64,000 bases of DNA from contig CAINDG010000036.1 in the NCBI GenBank assembly GCA_903847315.1, forward strand, positions 3,587 to 67,586, written 5' to 3'. This DNA comes from an uncultured Planctomycetota bacterium. GTDB lineage: Bacteria > Planctomycetota > Phycisphaerae > Sedimentisphaerales > UBA12454. The position numbers and the translations under genes are program-made. Each line of letters begins with the position of its first letter. Position 1 is the first letter of the stretch. The notes under the pieces were generated by a model. It worked only from the letters and a program-made list of their open reading frames with translations, was not told the origin of the DNA and did no database searches. This document shows positions 38,201-46,568 of the stretch, piece by piece.

Positions 38201-39739
38201 TGCGGCTCACCCTGCATTGATGCCGGCGACAATAATTCCGTTCCTCCTGATTATGCCGACCTTGATGGCGATGGCAACACAACTGAGCCGACGCCGTTGG
38301 ACTTGGGTGGTTTGCCGCGATTTATTCCTGCCAGCGATGCCCGTGCGGCATGGAACCCTAATACTAATAGAGGCAAGGCACAGCCATGGAACCCCAATAC
38401 CGACTCCAATTTTACTTTCGACTTGGATTTCCAGAGCAACACCTCCAGCACAAGAACTTGGACCTCAAAACCAAGCGGGATCGATGCGCTGTATGCAGAT
38501 GTTTGGGATATGAACACTGCCGGCTATAAGATTTGGAATAATGCCGGGGGAATACGCGACACCTATGCCGATTTCCGGCAAACTAACGATAACCAACCAG
38601 ACCCCAATAGACCATACGGTTACGTAATGAATGATGTCAGAATAAAATACAAGGATGCCCTTGATGGGAGCAGCGGTCAAGCTGTATGGCAACTCGGACT
38701 TCCTAAATTTAAACACACGTTCGCATTCTGGTTTTATACGCCGGATGTCAATCAGGGCACTATGATTCAGCATAAATTTTATCTCCAGGGTTCCGATCCC
38801 GCATACGCCGATAGGTGGTGGGAAATACGCATCGAAAACGGCAAGCTTCATTTCTACCATAAGGCTGGATATTTGCGTATGAAAACGGTAAATACACTGG
38901 CTAATCTGGGAGTTACTGCAAATACGTGGCATCATGTTTCTATGGTTATAGATAGAACCTTGCTACATAACAGCAAAATATACGTGGATGGCCTTGAGGC
39001 ACAAGTATTGTATACCGCTTATAATGGTGATCCTGCTGCCGATGCATCCATAGATGATGGAACAGAATCCCCACAAACATATCCGTCTCGAATACAGTTT
39101 GGAGGCGGCACCGACACTAACGGTTACGATTTTGACGGCAGGCTTGACGAAATACGTGTTTACAACCGTGCCTTAAATCCTATAGAAGCAAGCATTCTTT
39201 ATCAGTGGGACCCGAATGTCGTACACCCGATTGCTTTGCTTCCTATCCCGCGGTCTTTGAATGTGGCTATTGCTACTGATGTGAACTGGGTTCCTGCAAC
39301 CGGTGCTACGGCACAGAGTGTTTATTTTGGTACCGACCCATATAATTTCGGCTTCCCAAAGGCAACAGGAAATGGTTCACTGAATATGGTGTCAAATGTA
39401 ACCCTTGGTGGTCCGTTTGTATTTAATACCAAATATTACTGGCGAGTTGATTCGACTATTGGCGGCAATGTTGTTACCGGTCCGCTCTGGTACTTTACTA
39501 CTGTCAATAGCTCACTTATCCTACCTATAGTGGATATGGGTGCTTATGAGTTTCTGCGAAGCGGCGATATTAACTATGACGGTGTCGTGAACTTTGTTGA
39601 CTTTGCCCTATTTGCTAAGCACTGGCGCCAGACAAACTGCGGTAAATGCGGTGGGGCCGACCTTACTGGTGACGGACAAGTAAACTTGGTTGATTTGTAC
39701 GAATTCGCGGAATGGTGGCTGGCAGGCACTGCTTTCTAA
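35276..39739 (+). CDS. giant secreted multidomain protein: prenyltransferase/terpene-cyclase-like repeats, DUF11-type Ig-like repeats, parallel beta-helix (GGGMYN) repeats, LamG-like domain, C-terminal dockerin
   Basis: The signal peptide is LILSLIILIISICGTAMA. The N-terminal region is VTWLAAQQNSTDGYWED..QQTAGCWP. Three DUF11-like units follow (e.g. ITYTIDYNYPG..VTWHIGTLHLGDSGSVTLKVNV). There are at least 7 repeats of GGGMYNNxGxPTVTNCTFSGNxA. LamG-like signatures are FWFYTP, WHHVSMV and FDGRLDEIRVYNRAL. The dockerin is DINYDGVVNFVDFALFAKHW..DLTGDGQVNLVDLYEFAEWW. Confidence 0.85.
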   Translation: MAAKKTSLILSLIILIISICGTAMAATPAEINNAIVKGVTWLAAQQNSTDGYWEDAGYQAGPTGLALIKLQERAFELGYTPFDPCYPYKQNVEKGLAYLFSQMSIIPISTQLHGNPDSEGDGNGVSVHSLTYETGIAMMAIAASRAPDRIVNSPGSPVNGWTYKKVLQNMVDYMAFGQNDSGNGRGGWIYDAVDNGNGEEGSDNSNSGYAVSGLGYAESCVYGFKCTVPQFVKDELKIWIDYIQTDGGDNDGGSGYNGPNDWVNILKTGNLVFQMTFAGMNSNDPNFQRALAYIGRKWNDSSQDPGWGNPAYGSSPRCQAVYCTSNGFWYSNINTIVVGGNQRDWYADFADALVNTQQTAGCWPTETLGGPVLATEWALLTLEMKNSGPLPSGRLELTKVDDVNNGDCVRPGRQITYTIDYNYPGSCGPDINDVNIIDYLPPEVDFVSASNSGVYDSGSRTVTWHIGTLHLGDSGSVTLKVNVKPCVEPGITITNYCEIKSGEKVLNIAYEYTPVCCPTLTKVDNINGYVSPGETITYSICYAANGYGDTNVVITDTIPPEVNFVSATGGGMYNSGKVTWDIGTLEPNESGCFELVVQVNTKAEPGSTITNCSQMSGDCIHNINACENTTPVRCWGIPVIYVDANATGAHNGTSWADAYKYLQDALRLAQTLGCPSKEIWVAAGTYKPDCNSVEPNGSGDRNATFSLINNVAIYGGFPPGGGSWQTRNPNTYKSILSGNINAPDVNTDNSYHVVTGSDTNETAVLDGFTITAGNADGDYPYGGGMYNNSGNPTVTKCTFSGNRANSGGGMYNNGDSPTVTNCTFNGNRANSGSGMYNNGSCSTITNCTFSGNSADSGGGMYNDSGGPIVTNCLLSENLASKGGGLYNNSSGPIVTNCTFTKNVADANGGGIYNYNGSPTIANCILWDNNAPSGKQIYNSSSNLTVTHSDVQGCWAGTGNICDNPYFVAAGNYRLLCGSPCIDAGDNNSVPPDYADLDGDGNTTEPTPLDLGGLPRFIPASDARAAWNPNTNRGKAQPWNPNTDSNFTFDLDFQSNTSSTRTWTSKPSGIDALYADVWDMNTAGYKIWNNAGGIRDTYADFRQTNDNQPDPNRPYGYVMNDVRIKYKDALDGSSGQAVWQLGLPKFKHTFAFWFYTPDVNQGTMIQHKFYLQGSDPAYADRWWEIRIENGKLHFYHKAGYLRMKTVNTLANLGVTANTWHHVSMVIDRTLLHNSKIYVDGLEAQVLYTAYNGDPAADASIDDGTESPQTYPSRIQFGGGTDTNGYDFDGRLDEIRVYNRALNPIEASILYQWDPNVVHPIALLPIPRSLNVAIATDVNWVPATGATAQSVYFGTDPYNFGFPKATGNGSLNMVSNVTLGGPFVFNTKYYWRVDSTIGGNVVTGPLWYFTTVNSSLILPIVDMGAYEFLRSGDINYDGVVNFVDFALFAKHWRQTNCGKCGGADLTGDGQVNLVDLYEFAEWWLAGTAF

Positions 39740-39763
39740 GTTCATAAAAACTTTATCCTAAAG

Positions 39764-39797
39764 GGGCTGTAAGGAATTATCTTGCAGCCCTTTTTTT
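39764..39797 (+). terminator. rho-independent terminator
   Basis: GGGCTGTAAG-gaattat-CTTGCAGCCC followed by TTTTTTT. Confidence 0.75.
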
Positions 39798-39808
39798 GTT
39801 CCTTAGCC

Positions 39809-39863
39809 ATCCTGATTTATCAGGATAAAAGTAATTGACGCCTATGCGAAAAGACGATATTCT
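39809..39863 (+). promoter_or_regulatory. cysK upstream palindrome plus putative promoter
   Basis: The perfect inverted repeat ATCCTGAT-tt-ATCAGGAT (39809-39826) lies 8 nt upstream of TTGACG (39835-39840), which is followed by a 17-nt spacer and TATTCT (39858-39863). Confidence 0.4.
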
Positions 39864-39890
39864 GCTGCCTTAAATTCAGGCAATACAGAT

Positions 39891-40778
39891 ATGCTGACAG
39901 ACAATATTCTCGATTTGATAGGCAATACGCCTCTGATAAGACTAAAAGGCGAAAATGTTTACGCCAAGGCCGAGTTTCTCAACCCCGGCGGAAGCATTAA
40001 AGACAGGGTTGCGCTTGCTATGCTCGAAGGAGCCGAGCGCGACGGCAGATTAAAGCCCAATTCCATCATTGTCGAACCTACCAGCGGCAATACCGGCATC
40101 GGCATTGCACTTGTCGGAAGAATGAAAGGCTACAAAGTCCGCATCGTAATGCCTGAGAATATGAGCGAGGAGAGAAAAAAACTCATCAAAGTGCTCGGAG
40201 CCGAACTAATTTTGACCAGTGCCGAGGAAGGAATTGCAGGGGCGATAGAAAAAGTAAAACAGATGGCCGCCGCGGACAAGCGGATTTTTGTGCCGCAGCA
40301 GTTTGAAAACCCCGATAATCCGCGTGTTCATTATGAGCAGACCGCCGTTGAACTTTGGCGGCAGATGAGCGGCGATATCGCGTGCTTTGTCGCAGGCGTC
40401 GGCAGCGGCGGGACGCTGCAGGGCGTCGGCAAATTTCTCAGGGAGCACAAAAAAGACGCGAAAATTGTCGCGGTCGAACCGAAAAATGTCAGCGCTCTTT
40501 TGGGACACGAACCGGGTCTACACCAGATTCAGGGTATCGGCGATGGTTTTATTCCCGCTGTGCTGGACGTTTCGCTGGTGGATGAAGTAATTGAGGTTAC
40601 GGACGAAGACGCGATTGATACGACAAGACAATTAGGCACTAATTTCGGTCTGCTTGTGGGGATTTCGTCAGGCGCTAATGTCTGGGCAGCCCGTCAGCTT
40701 GCTAAAAAATATAAGGGTAATATGGCGACTGTCCTGCCCGACAGGGCTGAAAGATATTTCAGCACGGCACTGCTATAA
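39891..40778 (+). CDS. cysK: cysteine synthase (O-acetylserine sulfhydrylase)
   Basis: 295 aa with IGNTPLIRL, NPGGSIKDR (PLP Lys), EPTSGNTGIGLA-like and GVGSGGTLQG. Confidence 0.92.
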   Translation: MLTDNILDLIGNTPLIRLKGENVYAKAEFLNPGGSIKDRVALAMLEGAERDGRLKPNSIIVEPTSGNTGIGIALVGRMKGYKVRIVMPENMSEERKKLIKVLGAELILTSAEEGIAGAIEKVKQMAAADKRIFVPQQFENPDNPRVHYEQTAVELWRQMSGDIACFVAGVGSGGTLQGVGKFLREHKKDAKIVAVEPKNVSALLGHEPGLHQIQGIGDGFIPAVLDVSLVDEVIEVTDEDAIDTTRQLGTNFGLLVGISSGANVWAARQLAKKYKGNMATVLPDRAERYFSTALL

Positions 40779-41816
40779 TTTCACGGCATCAGCGAAGATA
40801 TTGATAAGTTCTTCTGTTTCATCCCAGCCGATACAGCCGTCGGTAAGGGACTGTCCGTAAGTAAGCTTTTCCGGTTTGGCCGGTTTCTGGTTGCCCGCGA
40901 TTATAAAACTTTCGAGCATTACGCCGGCAATGTGATTTACTCCATTTTTTACCTGCCCAGCCACATCGATAAGTGCATTGCGCTGGAGTCTGTAATCCTT
41001 GTTTGAATTTGCGTGACTGCAGTCAACGATAACGCCATTGGGTATCCCTGCCTTTTTAAGCAGGATGCCCGCAAAAGCCACATATTCAGCGGAGTAATTC
41101 GGTTCGTTTGAGCCGCCGCGCATAACGATATGTCCGAATTTGTTGCCGCGAGTCTCGGCGATGATAACTTGTCCGTTTCGGCTGATTCCGAGGAATGAAT
41201 GAGGACTTGCCGCAGCGCTGACGGCATCGATAGCGGGGGTAAGATTTCCATCGGTTGAATTTTTGAAGCCTATCGGCATAGACAGGCCGCTTGCCATCTG
41301 ACGGTGAATTTGCGATTCAGCCGTTCTTGCCCCGATAGCCGCCCATGAAATTAAATCGGCGATGTACTGCGGGACAATCGGGTCGAGAAATTCCGTTGCG
41401 CAAGGCAAACCGATTTTGCCGATTTGAAGCAGTATATCGCGAGCCTTGTAGAAACCTTCTTCTATATTATCCGAGCCGTCAAGATACGGGTCGTAGAGCA
41501 TTCCTTTCCAGCCAAGAGTGGTTCGCGGCTTCTCGAAGTAAGCTCGCATTACGAACAGGAGCTTATTTCCGACTTTGTCCTGAAGTTTTTTCAGTCTGCC
41601 GGCGTAATCAATCGCAGCTTTTTTGTCGTGCAGCGAGCAGGGACCTGTAATGACAATCCGTCTTTTATCTTCGTTGATGAGAATTGACTGAATAGCCCTT
41701 CGGGACTGGGCTATAAGATGAGCCGTTTCGTCCGACAGCGGGAATTTGTCCTTGAGCTGCTCAGGCGTAATCAGCGTCTTAAATTGTACAATATTCAGAT
41801 TATCCGTAAGTTCCAT
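40773..41816 (-). CDS. 3-deoxy-7-phosphoheptulonate (DAHP) synthase, class I
   Basis: 347 aa with IVITGPCSLHD, MRAYFEKPRTTLGWKG, WAAIGARTAESQIHRQMASG and IVDCSHANS. Which AroF/G/H isoenzyme this is cannot be determined. Confidence 0.92.
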   Translation of the reverse strand: MELTDNLNIVQFKTLITPEQLKDKFPLSDETAHLIAQSRRAIQSILINEDKRRIVITGPCSLHDKKAAIDYAGRLKKLQDKVGNKLLFVMRAYFEKPRTTLGWKGMLYDPYLDGSDNIEEGFYKARDILLQIGKIGLPCATEFLDPIVPQYIADLISWAAIGARTAESQIHRQMASGLSMPIGFKNSTDGNLTPAIDAVSAAASPHSFLGISRNGQVIIAETRGNKFGHIVMRGGSNEPNYSAEYVAFAGILLKKAGIPNGVIVDCSHANSNKDYRLQRNALIDVAGQVKNGVNHIAGVMLESFIIAGNQKPAKPEKLTYGQSLTDGCIGWDETEELINIFADAVKL

Positions 41817-41914
41817 TTACACACCATAACGAGTCTATTTATAGAAACAGTGTAAATTCTGTGTTAATTTATGTCAAACAAAATTGACGTAAACCAATCG
41901 GCTATTTTATTTTT

Positions 41915-43285
41915 ATGTTCCAAAATCGTGATTCATCTTTTAAAATAAGCGGTACTTTACAGGAAATAGCAGGAATGAAAGGTCCAATAGTCATAATCGG
42001 AGCCGGCTTTACAGGACTGGCTGCTGCATACGAGCTTACCCGCCGAGGTATCCCGGTTGTTGTCCTTGAGAAAGAAGCCGATATAGGCGGTCTTGCCGAT
42101 AGTTTTAAAATCAACGGTCAGCAAATTGAAAAATTCTACCATCACTGGTTCAACAACGACCAATATATAATTGAACTTATAAAAGAGCTTAATCGCCAGG
42201 AGCAGATATTGTTTAGTTCTACAGCAACAGCGATTTATCTGAATAATAAATTTTACAAATTGTCAACGCCTATGGACCTGCTGCGGTTTGGGGCGTTGAA
42301 TATTTTAGACCGTATCCGGCTTGGCCTGTTGGTTTTGAAAGCCCGTCGGGTAAAAAATTGGAAAGAGTTAGACACACTTTCCGCTGAAGAATGGTTAATC
42401 AAACTTTGCGGCCGCAATGTTTATAAAACCGTATGGGAGCCGCTGCTGCGGGGCAAATTCGGCCCTTATGCAGGTCAGATATCGGCGGTATGGATTTGGA
42501 ATAAGCTTGTATTGCGAGGCGGCAGCCGCGACAAAGCCGGAGGCGAAACACTTGCATATTACCGCAGAGGTTTCGGAACACTGGCGGAAACAATCGCGGA
42601 AAAAATTAAATCATCCGGCGGCGTAATTAAAACATCTACACCCGCTGAAGAAATAATAGTCCGGGAGGGCTGTGTAAAAGCGATTAAGACGCCTGCCGGT
42701 GTTATCGAGGCTGAAGCGGTTATTGCCACACCGGCATTACCGATTATTGCGGATTTGTTGTCGCCTTATGTTTCCGGCGAATACATAGACAAACTGAAAG
42801 CGGTGAAATATCTGGCAAATGTATGTTTGGTTCTCGAATTATCTCATCGCCTCTCGGATTTTTACTGGTTGAATGTAGCCGAGCCGGATTTTCCATTTGT
42901 CGGTATAATCGAGCATACTAATTTTCAACCGCCTGAAGACTATAGTGGCCGGCATATTGTTTATCTGTCTAAATATCTGGAAAGCACCGACAAAATGTAT
43001 AATATGAACCGAGAGCAGATAGCCGCTCTTTCACTGCCGTATATAAAACGTATGTTCCCGGATTTTGACGACGCCTGGATAAATCGTTATTATGTCTGGA
43101 AGGCCCGGTATGCTCAGCCGGTTATCAGCCGTTCGTATGGTCAGACTGTGCCGGCGAATCAAACGCCCGTAAAGGGATTTTATATTGCGACTATGGCGCA
43201 GATTTATCCTGAGGACAGAGGCACTAATTACGCCGTACGTGAAGGCCGGCGAATTGCCGGTATGGCGGCGGATAAGATAACCTGA
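41915..43285 (+). CDS. NAD(P)/FAD-dependent oxidoreductase (amine-oxidase/phytoene-desaturase-like fold)
   Basis: Contains the Rossmann motif IVIIGAGFTGLAAAYEL..VVVLEKEADIGG. The alternative start ATG 41975 (MKGPIVIIGAG) is at least as plausible as 41915. Confidence 0.75.
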   Translation: MFQNRDSSFKISGTLQEIAGMKGPIVIIGAGFTGLAAAYELTRRGIPVVVLEKEADIGGLADSFKINGQQIEKFYHHWFNNDQYIIELIKELNRQEQILFSSTATAIYLNNKFYKLSTPMDLLRFGALNILDRIRLGLLVLKARRVKNWKELDTLSAEEWLIKLCGRNVYKTVWEPLLRGKFGPYAGQISAVWIWNKLVLRGGSRDKAGGETLAYYRRGFGTLAETIAEKIKSSGGVIKTSTPAEEIIVREGCVKAIKTPAGVIEAEAVIATPALPIIADLLSPYVSGEYIDKLKAVKYLANVCLVLELSHRLSDFYWLNVAEPDFPFVGIIEHTNFQPPEDYSGRHIVYLSKYLESTDKMYNMNREQIAALSLPYIKRMFPDFDDAWINRYYVWKARYAQPVISRSYGQTVPANQTPVKGFYIATMAQIYPEDRGTNYAVREGRRIAGMAADKIT

Positions 43286-43299
43286 TTAGAAATAAAAAT

Positions 43300-44772
43300 A
43301 TGACAAAATTAAATATTACGGTTATTCTGTTATCGCTTTGCTTGCTGTTTTTATGCATATTTTGCCTTTCTGCAAGATTCGTAATAACCGACGAATATAG
43401 CGACAAACCGGTTGAATTTTTGAGAAGCATCTCCCGAACTGAAATGGGGCAGAACCTGATAAGGCATTATATTGAACATACAAAATTTTTGGCCGAGCAC
43501 AGATTGGGAGATTATTATAAATTAACCCCTGAGGAACCGCAAAGAGCGTATTTCGAGATATCGCGTTTAATATTCACCGGCTTTGCTGCGGCGATGGTTA
43601 CTGTTATCAGCCTGATGTTGATAACTATATACTGTTTCGGGGGGAAAACGTCTCTGTGTCCTCGAAATTACACAATATTTATACTGCTGCTGGTGGTTTT
43701 GATCGGCACTATAATCAGATTGCTGATGGCATCGGTGTATTACGGCAATTTCGATATGCAGGCTTATGAAAGAGTTGCCGCTATCGCAATGAGAGGTGAT
43801 AACGTATACGCTCTGACCGGGCAGTACAATTATTCCCCAATATGGTTTATGATTTTGAGTTTTCTAAAATATGTGCAAATGCACCTGCCGGCGGTTTCAT
43901 ACCATTTTATAATAAGGTCGTTTTTGTGTATGGTCGATTTGACGACACTGGTTTTTCTTCTTCTTATCGCAAGTCATAAAGCAATATCTTTGCCTAAGGT
44001 AGCAATGCTTTTCTATCTTAATCCCGTGTCATTTCTTATAACCGGCTATCACGGCCAATTCGAGAATCTGGCTGTTCTTATGATAGTTATAGGGTTATTT
44101 GCGTATTTAAAGTTGAATCAAAAGCCTGTTTGGGGAATAGCTTTGTTATGGTTTTTCGCGGCCGCGGGAATGATTATTAAACACAACGTATTTTATGAGC
44201 TTATAATCTGTCTGAATCGTGCCATAAAACGTTATTGGGTAAAGTTCCTGCTGTTTGCCGGAGCGGTGTGTTTGTTTCTGGCGTTGTTCATACCTTACTG
44301 GGACACCGGCAAAGAAGGAATAATAAGAAACGTATTTATGTACTCTTCCGGCGTAGGCGGATACGGAATAGTTTCGCTGCTCAACTTTCCGCAATTCAAA
44401 TACCTGTTTATTATAGGTATGTTTATATTTCCGCTCTTTCTGGGCAATAGGGATATAATCCGTCAGTGTTTATTGGGATTCCTCTTTTTTATGACTTTTA
44501 CCAGCGGTATGAGCATTCAATATTTTGTTTTGCCCATTGCCATAGGTGCGTTATTTCCATCGAAGGGGTTTTTACTTTATTGCCTTACTGTCACAGAGTG
44601 TCTGCTTATAAACAGAAATAATATATGTTTACCGGGACTTCATTTGTCCTTGAATATTATATGGTTCAGCGCGATATACTGGTTTGTTAGTGAATTAATA
44701 CAAAGTAGAAAAGCTGTAGCGATAACAGTCCCAGAAGGATTAACAAGAGGAAAAAACATCCGCAATAAATGA
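43300..44772 (+). CDS. polytopic membrane protein, GT-C-like (DUF2029-type) putative glycosyltransferase
   Basis: 490 aa with at least 10 hydrophobic segments. Starts 15 nt after the oxidoreductase stop. The family assignment rests only on topology and general resemblance. Confidence 0.55.
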   Translation: MTKLNITVILLSLCLLFLCIFCLSARFVITDEYSDKPVEFLRSISRTEMGQNLIRHYIEHTKFLAEHRLGDYYKLTPEEPQRAYFEISRLIFTGFAAAMVTVISLMLITIYCFGGKTSLCPRNYTIFILLLVVLIGTIIRLLMASVYYGNFDMQAYERVAAIAMRGDNVYALTGQYNYSPIWFMILSFLKYVQMHLPAVSYHFIIRSFLCMVDLTTLVFLLLIASHKAISLPKVAMLFYLNPVSFLITGYHGQFENLAVLMIVIGLFAYLKLNQKPVWGIALLWFFAAAGMIIKHNVFYELIICLNRAIKRYWVKFLLFAGAVCLFLALFIPYWDTGKEGIIRNVFMYSSGVGGYGIVSLLNFPQFKYLFIIGMFIFPLFLGNRDIIRQCLLGFLFFMTFTSGMSIQYFVLPIAIGALFPSKGFLLYCLTVTECLLINRNNICLPGLHLSLNIIWFSAIYWFVSELIQSRKAVAITVPEGLTRGKNIRNK

Positions 44773-44796
44773 TATAAGCCTATGCAATATAATAGG

Positions 44797-45783
44797 TCAT
44801 ATCAAAGCCCCGTCTTTGTCTTTCAGCAGTAGCCAGATGAAAAATGGTCCGCCAAGCAGGGCGGTTATTACACCGACCGGCATTTGAGACGATGGGATGA
44901 TTATTCGTGCTATCGTATCGCAAAGGGTCAGGAAGGCGCCGCCGAACAATATTGAGGCCGGTGTTAGAATCTTATGGTCGTGGCCGACCAGCAGCCTGCA
45001 AATCTGGGGAGCCATCAATCCGACAAAACCTATCGGCCCACAGAAGGCCACGACGCCGGCAACCATAACAGATGTCGCGAAGAATATAATTTTTCTTGTG
45101 ACCTTTACGTTGACGCCTCTTGAAATCGCAATTTCGTCGCTGATGCTCATCAGGTTTAGGTTTGCGCTTTGAGCGGCGATAATCGCGGCACCAACCGCGG
45201 TGAAAATAAATAAAACGCCCGGCACCCGAAAGCCGTCAACATCTATACTTCCCATAAGCCAATGTATCATTTTATACGACTGAGTAAAATCGCTTATGTA
45301 TTGCAGGAACAGTATCAGGCTTGAAAAGAAGAAGTTTATCGCAATACCCGCAAGGAGCATTGTGCCGACCGAAAAACCTTTCTTGATTTTCGTTAGTCCA
45401 TAGACCAGGAGCACCGCGCCCAGCGAACCTGCGAATGAAAACGCTATTCCGCAGTGAGGGACAGGTATCGAGGCTGCGAATATGAGATATATCGCGGTAC
45501 CGAAATTCGCGCCGCCGCAAATGCCAAGCGTAAAGGGTTCTGCCAAAGGATTTCTGAACATCGCCTGCAGAGCGACTCCGCAGCAGGCAAGGGCGGCTCC
45601 GGCCAAAAAGGCCGTGAAGACCCGCGGCAGCCGGAATGTATAAAAAATCTTTCCGGCGATTGTGGTAAGTTTGAAATCCATCAAAGCGGAGAACGGTATC
45701 TTAATCGGACCCAGGAACGGCGTAACCAGTACAACCAGCAGGGCGAATATGATTATCGAATTAATAGCGGCTTTTTTACTCAT
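44797..45783 (-). CDS. ABC transporter permease, FecCD/BtuC family
   Basis: 328 aa with NPLAEPFTLGICGGA, LLAGIAINFFF and GPIGFVGLMAPQICR. Confidence 0.9.
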   Translation of the reverse strand: MSKKAAINSIIIFALLVVLVTPFLGPIKIPFSALMDFKLTTIAGKIFYTFRLPRVFTAFLAGAALACCGVALQAMFRNPLAEPFTLGICGGANFGTAIYLIFAASIPVPHCGIAFSFAGSLGAVLLVYGLTKIKKGFSVGTMLLAGIAINFFFSSLILFLQYISDFTQSYKMIHWLMGSIDVDGFRVPGVLFIFTAVGAAIIAAQSANLNLMSISDEIAISRGVNVKVTRKIIFFATSVMVAGVVAFCGPIGFVGLMAPQICRLLVGHDHKILTPASILFGGAFLTLCDTIARIIIPSSQMPVGVITALLGGPFFIWLLLKDKDGALI

Positions 45784-46568
45784 TCTATCACGTCAGGAAC
45801 AATAATTTTCTGGCCTGTTACAGGATGCTGAGCGAAGTCGAATTTTTTGGAATATATATCTTCGAGAGTTTTTTCGTTCATAATATCTTTGGATGCTCCT
45901 TCGAAGACGATTTTTCCTTCTTTAATCGCGATGATTGTATCTGCGCTCAATACGGCGGAATTCAAATCGTGTGTTACGCAGATGATTGTCGTGCCGTAAG
46001 TCGTGTTTATTTTCGCAAGAAGTAAATGTATATCCCGCTGATGTTTGTAATCCAGATATGTGGCAGGTTCGTCGAGCAGGAAAATTTCGGCCTGCTGCGC
46101 AAGAGCCGCGGCGATACTGACCTGCTGCCTTTCCCCGCCGCTTAATGTTGCCATTACCCTGTCCGCGAAGCACGCCGTCTGCGCCATTTCCATCGCGTCA
46201 GATACGATTTTTTCATCTTCCCGGCCTACAACCGAAAATGGACTCAAATGCGGATATCTCGCCATTAAAACGAATTGACGGGCAGTAAACGGTATATCGG
46301 CAGGCAGAACCTGCGGCACATAGGTTAGTATTTTGGCAAGTTTTTTTTGCGAATAGGCTTTAATGTCTTTGTTTTGAACTTTTATTGTGCCTTTATAATC
46401 CGTGATGATTTTCGCCAAACAGCGAAGCAGTGTTGTTTTTCCTGCGCCGTTAGGCCCAACGATAAAAAGTCTTTGGCCGGCCGGTACAGAAAAGCGAATC
46501 TGCTCCAGTATCTGTTTGCCGGAGATTGCAAAGCTTAAATCTTCAATTTCAATTACTGTTTGGTTCAT
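45780..46568 (-). CDS. ABC transporter ATP-binding protein (iron-siderophore/cobalamin type)
   Basis: Walker A is GPNGAGKTTLL, the signature is LSGGERQQV, and Walker B is IFLLDEP. 4-nt overlap with the permease gene. Confidence 0.92.
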   Translation of the reverse strand: MNQTVIEIEDLSFAISGKQILEQIRFSVPAGQRLFIVGPNGAGKTTLLRCLAKIITDYKGTIKVQNKDIKAYSQKKLAKILTYVPQVLPADIPFTARQFVLMARYPHLSPFSVVGREDEKIVSDAMEMAQTACFADRVMATLSGGERQQVSIAAALAQQAEIFLLDEPATYLDYKHQRDIHLLLAKINTTYGTTIICVTHDLNSAVLSADTIIAIKEGKIVFEGASKDIMNEKTLEDIYSKKFDFAQHPVTGQKIIVPDVIE

